From assembly GCF_009914755.1 (NCBI RefSeq), contig NC_060937.1: a DNA stretch of 64,000 bases. One strand, given 5' to 3'. The notes under the pieces are model-generated. The model saw only the letters and a program-made list of their open reading frames with translations, made no database searches and had not been told where the DNA came from. The position numbers and the translations under genes are program-made. Shown piece by piece: positions 16,396-32,588 of this stretch (its first letter is position 1; every line of letters begins with the position of its first letter). Source of the DNA: the human T2T-CHM13v2.0 reference genome, Homo sapiens.

Positions 16396-17614
16396 TAAAT
16401 TTCAGCAAAGGTGGATTTGTTTGTTTCAGAAAGTGAGATAACATAGTCAAGACTGTGTCCTTTTTCACACAAAAAAGTTTTTACTATTGTGTTTATTGAA
16501 GTTTTATTAAACTTTTTATTAGACAATATTTAGTGTGGAAAATAAAGACATACTACCAGGATCTCTGGATGATATTTTTATTATCCATAAGATCCTTTGA
16601 TTTCATGTTTATATGAAATGACTATGAGCTGAAGGAATTCCAGTTTAGTGCCTCATCCTGTAAACCTACCAAGTTATTTAAACTCTTTTTTTTTTTTTTA
16701 CAATCTAGTTATGAGTTAAGTAAATAATAATAAAACTCAGGAAACTGACAAGTAAGAGATATCTGAATGGAAATACCAGGAAGGTTTATTGCCTTTGTTA
16801 AATGCAGCTGTTAAGTCAGCAATGTAAGGGTGCTTAATAAAGCTCTTTCCTTTCCAGTTTTCTCAATTCCTTCTAATATTGTAAAAGAAGACTCTGTGTT
16901 CTTTAGAAATGAATGACAAATTTAGCCCTTTAAAGTTAAAAACACTTTTTTTCTATTTTCTAATATGTATCCCTCCTGCTTAGAATTAAGGCCTTTCCTA
17001 TATCCTCTCTTTGGGGCGATCTTCTTTTGACTCTCTCTTCTAATCTTTTCTTCCCATCCAAGGAGCCAACAAGCTCTTCTGTCCTTTCTTTTTCTTCAAA
17101 ATTTGCTTCTGCTTCTGCTCCTTCCAGTCTCTACCCACTGCTGTTGCCTTAGTTGGAAACCTTACTCCCTCAACCCTGAATTATTACCTTATCCCTTACT
17201 GGTCTCGTAACCTCTGGGACCTTCCCCTTCCTCTCATTTATCTATTCACTACCATTGTTATATTCTCTGACTATCAAAAGGACTGTGTACACCTCCACTC
17301 AGAGACCTTCAGTGGCTCCCTAGTACTATCAAGGTCAAGTTTAAATTAGTCACTTAAAACTCATCATGACATGACCCTAACCATCATGCCCAGTTCTTCT
17401 CCATTACTCCTTCTCTTCCTCCTCTGAAAAACAGAACATTTAGTTTGCACCACTTTAGTAATACCCCTCACACACTACCCTATTTGGTAGTTATTTGGTC
17501 ATAGATATGTCATTCCCAGGATCCAGAGTATTACAGGCTGTTCTTTGTATTTCCTTATCATTCATTCCCTCATTACTCCTAACATAGGTGCACTTAATAG
17601 AGACTCTCCCTGAA

Positions 17615-17615
17615 A

Positions 17616-17655
<40 letters not shown>
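17615..17655. repeat. (CA)n microsatellite, one interruption
   Basis: Visible directly; sits between two oppositely oriented L2-like remnants. Confidence 0.95.
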
Positions 17656-17656
<1 letters not shown>

Positions 17657-18390
17657 ATGACATGCATTGTTCAAATAGGCATTTATTCAGCACTCACTAT
17701 AGGCTGTGCACTATATACTATATTAGGTACGGGAGAAACAACAGATCCAGCCTCAAAGGCCTTACAGACCACAGAGGAGGAGGCAGACAAGTCAACATGT
17801 CCTCACATCACACACAGGCTGATAAATGCCATCAAGGAAGAGTACAGAATGTTCTAGGAGCCCCAGATCTGAGTAACAGGGAAGGCTTCCCAAAAGAAAT
17901 GAATTCAAACTGAGGCCCAAAGGATGAGGAGGTATTAGCCAAGCGAAGGCAGAGGAGGGTGGGGTGGGGTCTGTGTTCCAGGAAGACATAGTGGATTCCC
18001 AGGCTCAAAGCCAGGGAACAGGGTAAGATGAAGGACTGAAGAAACTCATTTGGTGGAGCATACCATGCAGGCATGGAGCTCGGCCCAAAGGAGTTAAGTA
18101 TCTGGGATATATTCCAGATAGACAAAGAGATCGTCACACACACACACAAACACACACTCACAAAATCATCATCATCATCAATTTGCATATGAGAGGAAGA
18201 GTCCCAGAGCTCTAAAGTACAATTTTTTTTCTGTTTGAAGAATATAAGAATACATAATTTTTAATTAATTTTTTATTTGAAAATAGTTTTCATTTTAGGA
18301 AAGGTGCAAAGATAATACAATTTTCCACATATGCCCCACCTGGTTTCCCCTATTGTTAACATCTTTCTTATATTACTATCGTGCATTTAG

Positions 18391-18786
<396 letters not shown>

Positions 18787-19224
18787 TAACTAAATTTTTT
18801 GGAAAGAGGCCTAAGACAACTAGTTTTATAAAATTTTACCGTATGGCTTTATACTATGATTTCATTGAATACGAAATGATTTGGATAAAAATAACAGATC
18901 ACCTTGAATTTAAAGTATTTTTACCCTAGACTTCACCAATCTTACATACAGTCTAGGTTCAGATTCATATTTTTTTAACAACTTTGAAAATATATGCAAG
19001 TCTTATTTTCACTGTGAGAAATGAGATGATCACTCAGGATTTTAGCGACAGCAAGAATAAAGCAAAGAGTGACTAAGAAGTCAGCATGAAAGGTAATAGT
19101 GATGTTAGGTGGGAATCTTGTGAATATATTTGGGCCCAAAAGAATAATTCACATAGTTGAATTTTTAACTTTTTTCTTTTTTTTAATAAAATTAGTCTAA
19201 AGGTTCTGAACCACAGTAGTTTAA

Positions 19225-19556
<332 letters not shown>

Positions 19557-20034
19557 CTATGTGTTATTCTTAAGACCAAAAACATTAGGAATAATGTTTC
19601 TCAGACAATTATATTCATGATAAATTCCAAGGTTATTTTATTCATTTATTAAAATTATTTTTATTTATTTTTATTCTTTTATTATTCATGTTTATAGGAT
19701 AAGAAAATGGGGTTGTTTTTATTTTTTGAGATGTGCATATGATTACAGTAATCCCTTAAGGTTTGAATTTGCAGAGAGCTGAAAACAAAAATAGCTTCTT
19801 TTCATGCTTTAAAAGAGCTAGAGTTTACTTCATGATATGCCTAGATCTGAATTTTAGAAGTCTATAATTCCTCATAAGGGTTTATGTATTTGAAATCTCT
19901 TTTTCATCTGGTGAACCCAATTTCTTTGTTTTTATTCCCTTGAACCTGGGTTTTACCTAACACCACTGGGCTTATATAAAAGAATGCTTCCTGGAAGTGC
20001 CCGTGGAAGAGGCACTGTATTTAACATCTAAGTA

Positions 20035-20382
20035 CAGGTTAAGCATTTGTAATTTGAAAATCCAAAATTTGAAATGCTCTAAAATATGGAACTTTTTGAG
20101 CATCAACATGATGCCACAAGTGGAAAATTCCACACCTGAAGCTTTTGCTGTCTGATGGTTCAATGTATGCAAACTTTGTTTCATGCCCAAAATTATTTAA
20201 AATATTGTACAAAATTACTTTCAGACTATGTGTATAAGGTGTATATGAAACATAAATAAATTTTGTGTTTAGACTTGGGAACCATTTCCAAGATATATCA
20301 TTATGAATGTGTAAATATTCCGAAATCCGAAATCCAAAACATTTCTGGTTTCAAACATTTTGGGTAAGGGATACTCAACCTG
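20035..20382 (-). mobile_element. Tigger4b (Zombi)-like TcMar DNA transposon
   Basis: TA|CAGGTT(A)AGCAT...ATACTCAACCTG|TA terminal inverted repeats with TA TSD; ends 64 nt upstream of exon 17. Confidence 0.85.
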
Positions 20383-20418
20383 TACCACAGTAATTTTACT
20401 GTTGACTTTTACGCCTGA

Positions 20419-20739
<321 letters not shown>

Positions 20740-22415
20740 TAGGACACATAATAAATTATCCATAAAAACCAATACAAAGTTATTTCCCTCCATGTTTTAT
20801 AATCAGTATTATAAAATAGAAACTGAGTAGTGGTGCAATCCAACCAGGAATAATAAAAAGCAGGAGCTACAGAGAAACTAAGTCTGAGTATCTTGCTTCT
20901 ATCTGAGCAAGACATTGGTTCTTCACTAGGAGTATGCATAAAACAATCAAAATATACATGCCCAGGTTCCACCCGGGACTGTTTTGTCTCTAGAGGCTAA
21001 AACCTATAGATGGATGTTATGTAAAAATTCCCCTGTGATTCTGATGCACACTCATCTGGCTAGAACCACCATTCTATTCCATGGTCCTAGCCATAAAATG
21101 TCATGCTGGGCTCTGCGGAGCACGAGATATTTCCTGAAAGAGTCTCCTCCAAAAGGCCAAATTCCCTGAACACACCTCTACTTCAACCAGAGAAAATCAC
21201 CTTTCCTTAGCAGAATTTCATCTGAAGCCCCTTCTGGAATCTAGAGATCACAGCTATTTAGGGGCCACCACCCAGGGCTTTAACCTAACTCTCAGTAAAA
21301 TAGTTTGGAATCATCGTCAACCTACTGTTCCAGCCGATAGCAGATCTACTTGGGAGTTGATCCAAGACAGTAATTGTGTCTTATACATCTTGACTCCTCA
21401 GTGTCAAGCAGGATGCCTGATACTTTGATAGCCCTTATGAAAGAGTGATGAATGCACAGACGATAAACAGCTGTAACAACCTATGTCCCTCCTGTGCACT
21501 CAGTTGTGAGGCTATGTCAAATATCTTGCTGCAAAATACCACACAACATTCACAACATCCTCTTAAGCTATCAGTTCTGTCTCCACATGGCACAGATGCT
21601 CCTCAGGCCGTGTAGGATACGAAAGTGAAAATTAGGAAGGAGATCAGGTCAGGGCTGAATACTTGGAAGCCTTTGCTGGGTGGTGAAAGAAGAAGCCATA
21701 AGAGGGTTTTGTGGGAGGTCATGTGGGGAGACCCAGTTGCACGTGAAGAACAGAGATAATTAAATGTTAATAGTCACAGTTGTTCACTTGATGAACAGCC
21801 TCCAATCTATTACTGCTACCTGGACATCTCAATTTTACACCCTAACCTTTCAAATTCAGCAGGACAAAAGTGTCCGTTGGCCTCCATTGCTCATGGAACA
21901 AAGTCCAAGTGCTGGGATGAGCATTATAATATTTCTTACCTCCCACCCTCGTACACTGTGATCCAGGCCCACTGGAATGATTGGGCTTTGTTTTCTATGC
22001 TTTTCTGAGAAGACACCAGCCTTTCCTGAAGCTGTCCCCCCAACCTGGATTATACTTTCACCTTCTAAGATTTTAGCCTACTAAACACCACTTCCCATCC
22101 TCCAAGGCTCAACCCAAATACTCCCTCTTCTATGGTGCAGTGCCATTTTCGATCTCTTCTCACCCCACTTTCATGCAATCCAGTTGCTTAAACATCCATG
22201 ATGGTTTGTTTACACCAGGTTTATTGGCCTCATGTGAACTGCCTCATAGCGACACTATTTCTTAGTGTGTCCATTGTGTCCTTCAGATGATAAGCTTGGG
22301 GAGGCGTGTATGTCTTATTCTTCTGTGCATTTTCCACAGTGTTTTTCACATAGTGCTTTTGAGTAAATGATTAGTCAACTAAAGAAGGTGAGCTGGTCCA
22401 AGAGTGATAGAATAG

Positions 22416-22759
<344 letters not shown>

Positions 22760-23560
22760 CCGTCTCCACACCTTTTGATGTGCTTTCCCACTTGTAGGGG
22801 GACGCAGCCTAGTGTGGTGGAAGAAGGACCCAGCAACAAGTAAGGCGGAGGTCCTGGGTTCCTCTCCTGCCCCTGCCACTGACTTGTTGAGTGATCTCAG
22901 GGAGACCATCTCACCTCACCTCAATGAGACTACCTCTAGATGGTCCCTCAAATTCCTGCCTGTTTTAATCTTCTTTGAGGCTTTTTCTGTCTGTATGAGG
23001 CCACTAGGACTGCTATAACAAAGGACGTCCAGTTCTGGAGGCTGGAAGTTCAAGATCAAAGTGTCAGCAGGTTTGATTTCTCCTGAGCCCTTCTCATTGC
23101 CTCACAGGAGGCGTCCGCTCTGCTGTGTCCTCACATGGCAGCAGAACTCATCATCCTCAGCGAGTCTACGACACCTCAGATCATGATAAGCTTAGTAAAT
23201 ACCCCCATGAAGGGAACTAGAAGAGTAGAACATTGTCTTGTGGAAACATTATTGAGCCACACACCAGTCTTTCTTTACATGTATAGTTCAATAGTCTGAG
23301 GTTTGTCTTGAACACCTCAGTGGAACCAGGAAAAATGTCATGATCACAGTTGACAAAGCTTCTTCTCGCTTGCCCAGCTTCCCATGGCGTTGTAAGAAAT
23401 GCTGCCTTCACTGACCTAAACCAACCCTGTCCCCACCCTCCAAGAAGTCTGGCATTTACTGGTTATGGCATGCCACTGACAGTACCTGGGGTCACCCAAA
23501 AGATAGGCCAGAGTTAGCCTATCTCAGAACTCAGCTGCTGCTAATCTTATAAGAAGTCTC

Positions 23561-23849
<289 letters not shown>

Positions 23850-23869
23850 TCATTCAGAGTAGAACTTAA

Positions 23870-23907
23870 GTCTATGGCCATACCACCCTGAACATACCTG
23901 ATTTCAT
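23870..23907 (+). pseudogene. 5S rRNA 5' fragment (about nt 1-38), tailless retropseudogene
   Basis: gtctatggccataccaccctgaacatacctgatttcat versus 5S GTCTACGGCCATACCACCCTGAACGCGCCCGATCTCGT; mismatches are almost all at CpGs; flanked by 19-bp direct repeats. Confidence 0.88.
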
Positions 23908-24174
23908 TCAGAGTGGAACTTACGTGGCCTATTTGCCTTTGCCTAATTGAAAGCAGGCACTATCAGGCATTGTTTTTCTGTGAGATTGGGGTGGGATTCG
24001 TGATCACAATTCCCTTTGTGGGCACAACAGAAAAAGGCCACTTATTTTGTTTTTCTTCAATCACTAACTGTTCAGATTGTCTAATTTTTTTTTTAATTAG
24101 GGACAAATAATATAAAACTTAATTTAAGACAGGCTAAAACATAATTTTTTTCTTTCATATTCCTTTCAGTTAAA

Positions 24175-24440
24175 AAATAAGGACAAGGAAGAGAAGATAG
24201 GATAGGAAGAGAGGAAGGTAAATATAGAAAAGGAGAGGAAAGAGATCAAAGGAAAAGAAGAAGCAAGGTCAGATAAGCAGTCAGAGAAGAAATGGAAAAG
24301 GAAGAAGACATAGAGAGGAAGAACAGAAAGATACAAGAAATAAGGCAGGGTCAAGAGAAGAACAAAATAACAGTGGCTGAAGGATAAAAAAAATTATGAG
24401 ATTGCGAAGGAGGAGAGCAGAGGATGATGAGAGAAAGCAT
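24175..24440. repeat. GA-rich low-complexity tract
   Basis: About 260 bp that is strongly purine-rich on the + strand. Confidence 0.8.
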
Positions 24441-25284
24441 CATGGGTCTTACTAGCCACCTCTTCACCTGAATGGGGAGTTCCTTGAAATTGTGAAGATG
24501 TGAGAGGAAGTAGCGTCCTGTGGTAAGGTTTGAGGATCTCAAGTCTTAGTACCAAAAAAGCATATCAGCAGAGCTGACTCTGGCCCAGCCCGCTGGATTC
24601 AGTGAGCAAGTTATCACCAGCCCCCTTTAACAGAGAGAGCAGATGAAGTTGAGGAAGCATAAGTGATTCGCTCACACTCAACCTAGCTAAGTGTCCGGCC
24701 ACAGGATCAGGCCACGTGTAAAGGGAAAGATGCATTTTGTGCTAACCAAGCAAATGAAATGATGCTCTCAGGAAGGACACTATCATTCCAAATTTCACCT
24801 CACAAAGAACTTCTTGTGACCTCTTTCCCTGAATATTCTATTAGCATTTGTAGGGCTGCACACAAGAGAATTTCATCAAGTTTAGGGAATGCATTCCTCT
24901 TTGCTCTTCAAAGCTTTTAATAGGATAACAGGATAACCAGAACACCAGGGCAGGGCAATAAGCTTTGAGAACTGGATGGAGTTAAGACCAAGGTCAGATC
25001 TGGCTTGGTCCAGGGGACCAGAAGTTTTGTGAACCTCACTCTATTGACTAAAGATTATTTCTTTATTTTTTTATTTTCCTATAAAGGAAGGTGATAAAAT
25101 AGGAAAAAAATGCATTATATAGCAATTTATAGTTTACAAAATGTTTTCACATATTTCCTGTTAATATCACAATGACCTTCACATTATTTACTGAAACTCA
25201 GAAAAGTTAAATCGTTAAGACCTTGAATTCATAGCTTCTGTGCTCTTCCAACAAAGATTTTCCTTCAGGTGAGAGAAAACTTAA

Positions 25285-25653
<369 letters not shown>

Positions 25654-26088
25654 CAATCATTTTGGATCACTGGACTTTCAGTGGACTACCTAAAACAGGG
25701 GACAGCTTTTGGAAGATGACATCTGCAATGCTTTTCATCTTTACCAACGGCAAGCCTTTCTGCACAGAGAGCACAGCAGAATGGCTCCTGTCACTGCATT
25801 CCAATGGCAGCTGTACTATCTACCAACCGTGCTGAGGACAGCACCAAAGGTTCCTCTCCTCACCCCACATGCCTGAAAAGCACATGTGAATTCGTGTATA
25901 GTGGGCTGAGGTGCAGCTGATCTCTAGCTAATCAACACAACCCACCAACAAATGACCACAGGTTGGCACTGTGTGGTCTTTCACATCGGGTTGCACTGTC
26001 CATGAAATAGAAACACTCACAACATCTGATTCCAGTGTGGCCATAATAACAGAAATCTAACAACTCTTTCCTTGCCTTTTCAATATCA

Positions 26089-26094
26089 AATAAA
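26089..26094 (+). promoter_or_regulatory. Proximal candidate polyadenylation signal AATAAA
   Basis: Canonical hexamer within the 3'UTR; usage not shown by sequence alone. Confidence 0.4.
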
Positions 26095-26617
26095 ACCATC
26101 AGCATCCTGCTGGATTGATAGCAAAGGATTTCCAAAATATTCATCTACCCGAAGTCCTCCTCTGTGAAGGCCGGTGGAGTAGCCACTTTGAAAACAGAAC
26201 TTCCAACCAGGTTACCATGTCTAACCTATGACCAGAGAGTCACACTGATGAAGCCTCATACCATTTGCCTTTTGGATTTTATTTAATATCAGAAGAGATG
26301 AATTCTTAAGATATTTTTCTGAAGGTTGCCCAGGGCACAAACAAATTGGACACTTTCACTGCTAAAAAGTACACTTTAATATTCTTAAAGTATAATTTCT
26401 TTAGAGCAGTATCCCTATTGCTGGCAAGTTCTGCTTTCATAAAATATGCAGATAAGAAGTGTTAAATGGGATTCAAGAATTATGGTTTTATTTGGGACTG
26501 TTTGCATACTCACAATGGTTTTGTTCTCATTGTTTTTAACAAAAAAGCAATGAAGTTTGGGGTGGTTTTTTGAAAACGAAACTGAAAAAAATTATATGTG
26601 AAAATGAGAACTGGGTA

Positions 26618-26623
26618 AATAAA
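26618..26623 (+). promoter_or_regulatory. Distal candidate polyadenylation signal AATAAA
   Basis: Canonical hexamer with T-rich flanks, a CA about 12 nt downstream and a GT-rich stretch near 26680. Confidence 0.6.
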
Positions 26624-28759
26624 ATTATATTTTGCACTTGTCCATATATTAATTTAAGCTTAACAAAGACCATGGATGGGGTTTGTTGACTGTTAAGCAT
26701 GTTTCTCCTGATAAAGAATACAGCCAGGAAACACAGCATTTCAGTTCACAAGACACATCCTATATTTTTCTCTCTTCCCCTTTTGCCACAGCATGAGGCA
26801 GTTACTTAATTTCTTCACTGTTCACTTCATTCTGAGTTCCTTTAATGAGATAAAATGTAAGCAGCTGACTAAGACCACCACAATACCTCCTATTACATAT
26901 TAAATGGACACCCTTTATCCAGTAGCATCCAGAAGAGAAAGAAATTCAGAGTTTATGGGTCTCAGCCATTCTGGTAATTTACTTGTTATTACTCACTATT
27001 GACTAAAATCATAACGTGAGTTCATTCATTTTGATCAAGTAAGATATTTCTCATGTATAATAAAAGATTTTCATTAGGATTCTAGAAATAATGTTCCCAC
27101 TCATTGACTATGCTACCCTTTCCTTTATGGCTTTAAATTTTTCTCCATCTTGTTTCTTCAGTATGATGAATTGCTTCCTAACTTGTTTTCCAGGTTTGCT
27201 GACATTTTATCAGATGTCTTTGCCAGTCCTTGATCATCTTACGATTTATTTCCTAATACATTTTCTAACACCAGGAGCATAAATAAGGGGTAGACCCTGA
27301 GCCTAGGGTATTGTAATTTTAGCACCAATGTGTGTCTCCCGTTCTTGAAAAGCATCATCCGTGGTCCATGAACCAAGTCTTTGGGAACCATGTAAGAGCC
27401 CGCACTTTACTGTAGTGCAGTGAGTGGGCATGAGAAGAGGCACGCAACCAGATGCTTTGGGGAAGGTGGCAGCTGTATGGAAAAATGGGAGCTCTACATA
27501 GGTCAGCAACATGCCAACAAATAGCATGAACTTCATATCTGATAGCTTGGTAATTTATAGTCTTATTCTGTACTGCTCTGCAAATAGAAAACCATTAGAA
27601 ATTTGTATTATTTTAGCAAATAATAGTCTTTAATGTGGATTGAGTGAGAACTTTTGTGCTAGGCCAAGCCTGTTTTCTAAACATGGTATTTCTGTGTGGT
27701 TATGAAAATATCACCTGTGTCCATGAACCATTTTCCATGACAATCTAAGCATCAATTAAATGTCACTGCAGAATTTCAGAGGCCACAGACGGTGCCATCT
27801 CTGAGTGGGAGAGGGTGTGGGCAAATCATCTGCTCCACATCCTAACTATGCATCTGTATATGACTGATGTCTTGAAGAGGATAAGAAAAAAATACCCCCA
27901 AAAATCAATATGGAGCTTCAGACGAGTGTACAGAAAAAGGGTATGTGTTTTATTTGTGTTAGACATTGATAAGATAGTTTACATAACTTTGCTTCATCCT
28001 AGAGGCTTTTGTTCATAGCTTTCATAGCTTTTTTTAATTCAGTAGGCTATTTCAGAAATTGCAATCGACATAAACTATTCTATCAAAAGAGTTCATGTCC
28101 ATTGCAATTGCTGAAATGCCTCTTGATGGTCAGGAGCTTCAGGATAAATTATATTTATTTGAGCTTTATGTACAGGTAGCACTATCATCTTTCCCCAACC
28201 CTACCCTACACCCCAGCTCCACAGCTCCATTCAGCAGGTCTCCATGGCATCATGAAGCCACAAAAGCAGGCCCATCACCCCAAGGTTTATCTCTTAAGGA
28301 TGACTCTGCTGCCAGATTGAATTCATATTTGGTGATTTGCTACAGATTTGCTCATGCTACATTTTCAAGACTTTATCTCACCCAAGGTAAAGACTTACCT
28401 TACCATCCTCAAGTTAGTAAGCAATACAGAGCTCCCGAGAGTGCACATGATAGAAAGGAGAAACCATAGAGTGTCACCAATCATATCTAACCTATTATTT
28501 TATAAATGGCCCAAGGGGAGCTGACAGAAATATATCTTCCAAAATTAACCAGAAATACTTTAAGGCACATTCCTTTTTCATTGTTTTCAATGTAGCATAA
28601 ATGGGCACTTACAAAGTTGCCTTAGACAACTTCACTCAAGAAACAAAATATTAATTAAAGATAAGAATTTGTATTTCCTTATTCCCTTACCCTGTTGAAT
28701 AAAGAAAGGGAGAGCCATTACAAAGATCTGCTTATATATTTGCCTGTTTATATGTCAGG

Positions 28760-29075
28760 TTTTTGTTTTTGTTTTTGTTTTTGTTTTTGTTTTTGAGACG
28801 GAGTCTCACCCTGTCGCCCAGGCTGGAGTGCAGTGCCACAATCTCGGCTCACTACAAGCTCCACCTCCTGGGTTCACGCCATTCTCCTGCTTCAGCCTCC
28901 TGAGTAGCTGGGACTACAGGTGCCCACCACCACGCTTGGCTAATTTTTTGTATTTTTAGTAGAGATGGGGTTTCACCGTGTTAGCTAGGATGGTCTCAAT
29001 CTCCTGACCTCGTGATCCGCCCGCCTCGGCCTCCCAAAGTGCTGGGATTATAAGCGTGAGCCACCGCACCCGGCC
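28760..29075 (-). mobile_element. AluY with (GTTTTT)n tail
   Basis: Full reverse AluY; flanks tatat(g/a)tcag duplicated. Confidence 0.93.
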
Positions 29076-31155
29076 TATATATCAGTTTTCTGACATTCTG
29101 TTTATGCAGGATGTAAGATGCATATTTAGTAATGATCATTTTCATTTTTGAGCCAGGAAAATTAAATGAAATTAGACTATTCTCTTTTTAAAGGGCTTTT
29201 CAGTAGGAGACTTCGAAGTCCTTGAGAAATACTTCCTAAAGCCCTATAAACTAATACAACCTATTACTCAACGTATTTCATTAGAATTGTCTTCAGGATA
29301 TTTCCCCACATCCCGCATACGGAAGAAGTAAATTAAAAATGAAGAAATTGGGAAGAATAAGGCCAAGTTACAAAACTGCACATCCAGAAATGTGAACCTT
29401 CTGCTGTCTGAAGCCCATGGTGACATTTCTTACCTCTAAATTCTAAGCAAACTCATAACTATTTTGAGTTATAAGCTCATAAGTGGCTTCAATATAAGAA
29501 AAAATTATTTCTAGACCACCTGAGAATCAATAATGCTTTTACTGGTTTCACAAATTTCTGAATTCGTGATGCTAGGGTGTTTGATTCAGCAATTATTTTT
29601 AATGGAAACCATACCCTTTGCTGCTATAGGCAACACACATTTAAGGTAAGGAAATAAAGGTCAAAAGGCAGGGGGCTGGAGCTGTAGTTTTAGTTCAACC
29701 ATCAACTGCTTACATGACCTCAGACAAATATCTTTACATCTCTTCCCTTATCTGTAATAGAGTTTCCTTAAGATCAAATCACATAAACAGATGACTGGTC
29801 CCCTGTCTGTCAAAATCCGTTTTGTGGATAAAACCACATGCTGAAGGTCCAAGTGGTAAGCATTTAAAAATTTACATCAAGTGCAAAGATCATTCCATTC
29901 TCAATTCCCCTGGGATATTACACATTGTTCATGAAGAGTCAATGCAAAGGGCACCAATGTTCAGAAAACCAGTCCTTTGAGGGGAGGCTTACGGGACCCC
30001 ATTCTGCTGTGAAAAGAAAGCTGAAGCAAACCTCAGACAATGAAGCTTTTCTAAACCATGGCAGCTAACCAAAGAACAACAGTAAGCACCAGGTAAAAAT
30101 TAGGTAACCTATTGCTAGCAAAATTTAGGAATGCAGAGATCAGGAAGATTAACATGCAATCGTTTTACCACAGATCACAGACTAGTCTCTTCACATAAGT
30201 GTAGGTCTACTACTGCCTACATTATTCTCTAAACCAGACGTAAATGCACGGGAATGTCTAGCATGTATGAGTGGGTATATTCCTGGGAAAAGTGTTGTAG
30301 GATAAAGAGATAACTATTTAATTTCCCCATAGAACCAGGATAGAACATGTGGTTCTTAACCAAGGTTGATGCCTATCTCAAGTCTTGCACCATCAGCAAC
30401 ACACCCTTTCCTGTGTATCATCAACTTCTCTTCCTCTCTACTGGCTCTTTCCCCTCAGCTCTCAATGCTCACATTTCTCACACCTAAAAAGACATTCCTA
30501 CCACCCGACACCTTCTTATAGCTTCTGTCTTGTTCTCAAATGCTCTTTACAGCTAAACATTTTGAAATAATGATAAGCTCTTTGTCATCAACATCTTACC
30601 TCACTTTGACTTCTCAACCAACTGAATGTGGCTTCCACACTCACCACACCACCACACCACATTAAAGATTAATGTCTGCCCTGCTGGGTTTCAGACTTGT
30701 GTGGGAGCCTGTTGTCCTCATTAAGGTTGCCAGGACGACAATCCAGTGAGCATTTGCCTTTCCTCAGCTACTTTGCCTCCCTGGAGAATTAGTTACTGAT
30801 GTCCATTTTCTCAATCTCTAAACTCCTCTCTTGGAATGAAGGATACCATTCATTTCTGTTCTGAACCACTTCCCTGGCTCTTCTTTCTCACATCTTTATG
30901 AACTTCCCTTTCTCCTCTTGGCCCTTAAACTTATGTAGAAATTTCTGGAGATTTACTCTTGGCTCCCTGATCTTTGCCCTCCATACAGATCTCCCTGACT
31001 TCAACCTGTCTACAGCTGTCATAGATAAGTTCATTTGTAAAAATCTCTATTAAAAACATAAATACAATTAGAGTGAACTTATTTTGACTTTTCTTACTAA
31101 ATCTTGACACTCGCTTTTTAATCTGATCCAAAAATTATACAATAAGTTTTGTTGA

Positions 31156-31444
31156 GGCAGGTGTGCGGTGGCTCATGCCTGTAATCCCAACACTTTGGAA
31201 GGCCAAGGTGGGTGGATTGCATGAGCCCAGGAGTTCAAGACCACCCTAGGCAACATGGTGAAACCCTATCTCTACAAAAAAATACAAAAAATTAGACAGC
31301 ATGGTGCCCACCCCCTATAGTCCCAGCTACCCAGGAGGCTGAGGTGGAAGGATCACCTGAGCCTAGGAGGTCGAGGCTGCAGTGAGCCATGATGGTACCA
31401 CTGTACTGCAGCCTGGGTGACAAAGTGAAACCCTGCCCCAAAAA
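31156..31444 (+). mobile_element. AluJ
   Basis: J-type motifs (gagcccaggagttc, gaggctgcagtgagccatgat). Confidence 0.88.
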
Positions 31445-31451
31445 TATTTAT

Positions 31452-31747
<296 letters not shown>

Positions 31748-32588
31748 TTATATATGTTTATATACTAATGTAGTTGTTGAAATTCTATCCTCCCTGATGA
31801 AAATAGGCTATTCTCATAAATGCATCTAAAAGCAATAGATTTTTATATATTTAACAAATGGGTTCAAGACCCACCTAAATTTGGGAGGGGGGATTTTTAT
31901 TAAACAGGATAGAAAATTCCAAAAGGTTAAAATAAATAAGTGGCCCAGGCTGGAGAGGGGAGATGAGAACCCTGGTGGGTCCATATATACATTTCCTAAC
32001 TTCTTATTTTTTCTTTATTTTTTCCTGGACCAAATCATAAGGCACAAACATGTCAACTAAGAGCATGAAATCTAGAAGGTGATCTTAAGGAAAAGTTTCA
32101 CAGACCCTACTGAAGAAGCACTGAGTAGTGGAGTAAAAAATCTCAATTCACATGATGGTTGTTTGAGGCAGTGGTATTAATTGATGCATCTTCCTTGTTT
32201 TTATGTCACAGGCAATAACCTTAGAGTGCTGTATTATTCCATTGCTTTGAAACAGAAAATCTTTTGGTTGTCATTGTCCGATCTTCTGCATTTCATGCTC
32301 TCCCTTAGATATTCTTGGTTCCTCACCTCCTTTGAATTTCTTATTTCTACCCAGCCCTGCTCTTTGTAAGCCAATAAGAAAAGGGTTGGACATAATACAT
32401 AATTCAAAAGTAATAAGATTTTCAAGAAAGTGAATCCCTCCAAAATGCAATCATCTAAAATTCTGTTGTCATCCACTCATTCATTTATTCATTCAACAAA
32501 TGAGCCTTGTGAAACCACCTGGAGCCAGACATGCTATCTAACAAGATCATCTCCAAGGGCAGGTAAAGTCACACCTCAAGAAAACAAC

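Larger units (their letters stand above)
25654..26640 (+). other. RXFP2: RXFP2 3'UTR (3' end approximate)
   Basis: Non-repetitive sequence after the stop codon, bounded by AATAAA at 26618-26623. Confidence 0.7.

Noticed and set aside
23870-23907. Functional 5S rRNA gene
   Set aside because: Only ~38 of ~120 nt are present, CpGs are decayed and the internal promoter is missing; called as a pseudogene.
24175-24440. Purine tract as a triplex (H-DNA) element or coding region
   Set aside because: No clear mirror symmetry seen; the Phe/Ser/Leu-rich minus-strand ORF is a low-complexity artefact.
28095-28469. 124-aa ORF just downstream of RXFP2 (and the 125-aa ORF at 55922)
   Set aside because: No recognisable homology, promoter or splice context; the length is within chance expectation for 64 kb over six frames.
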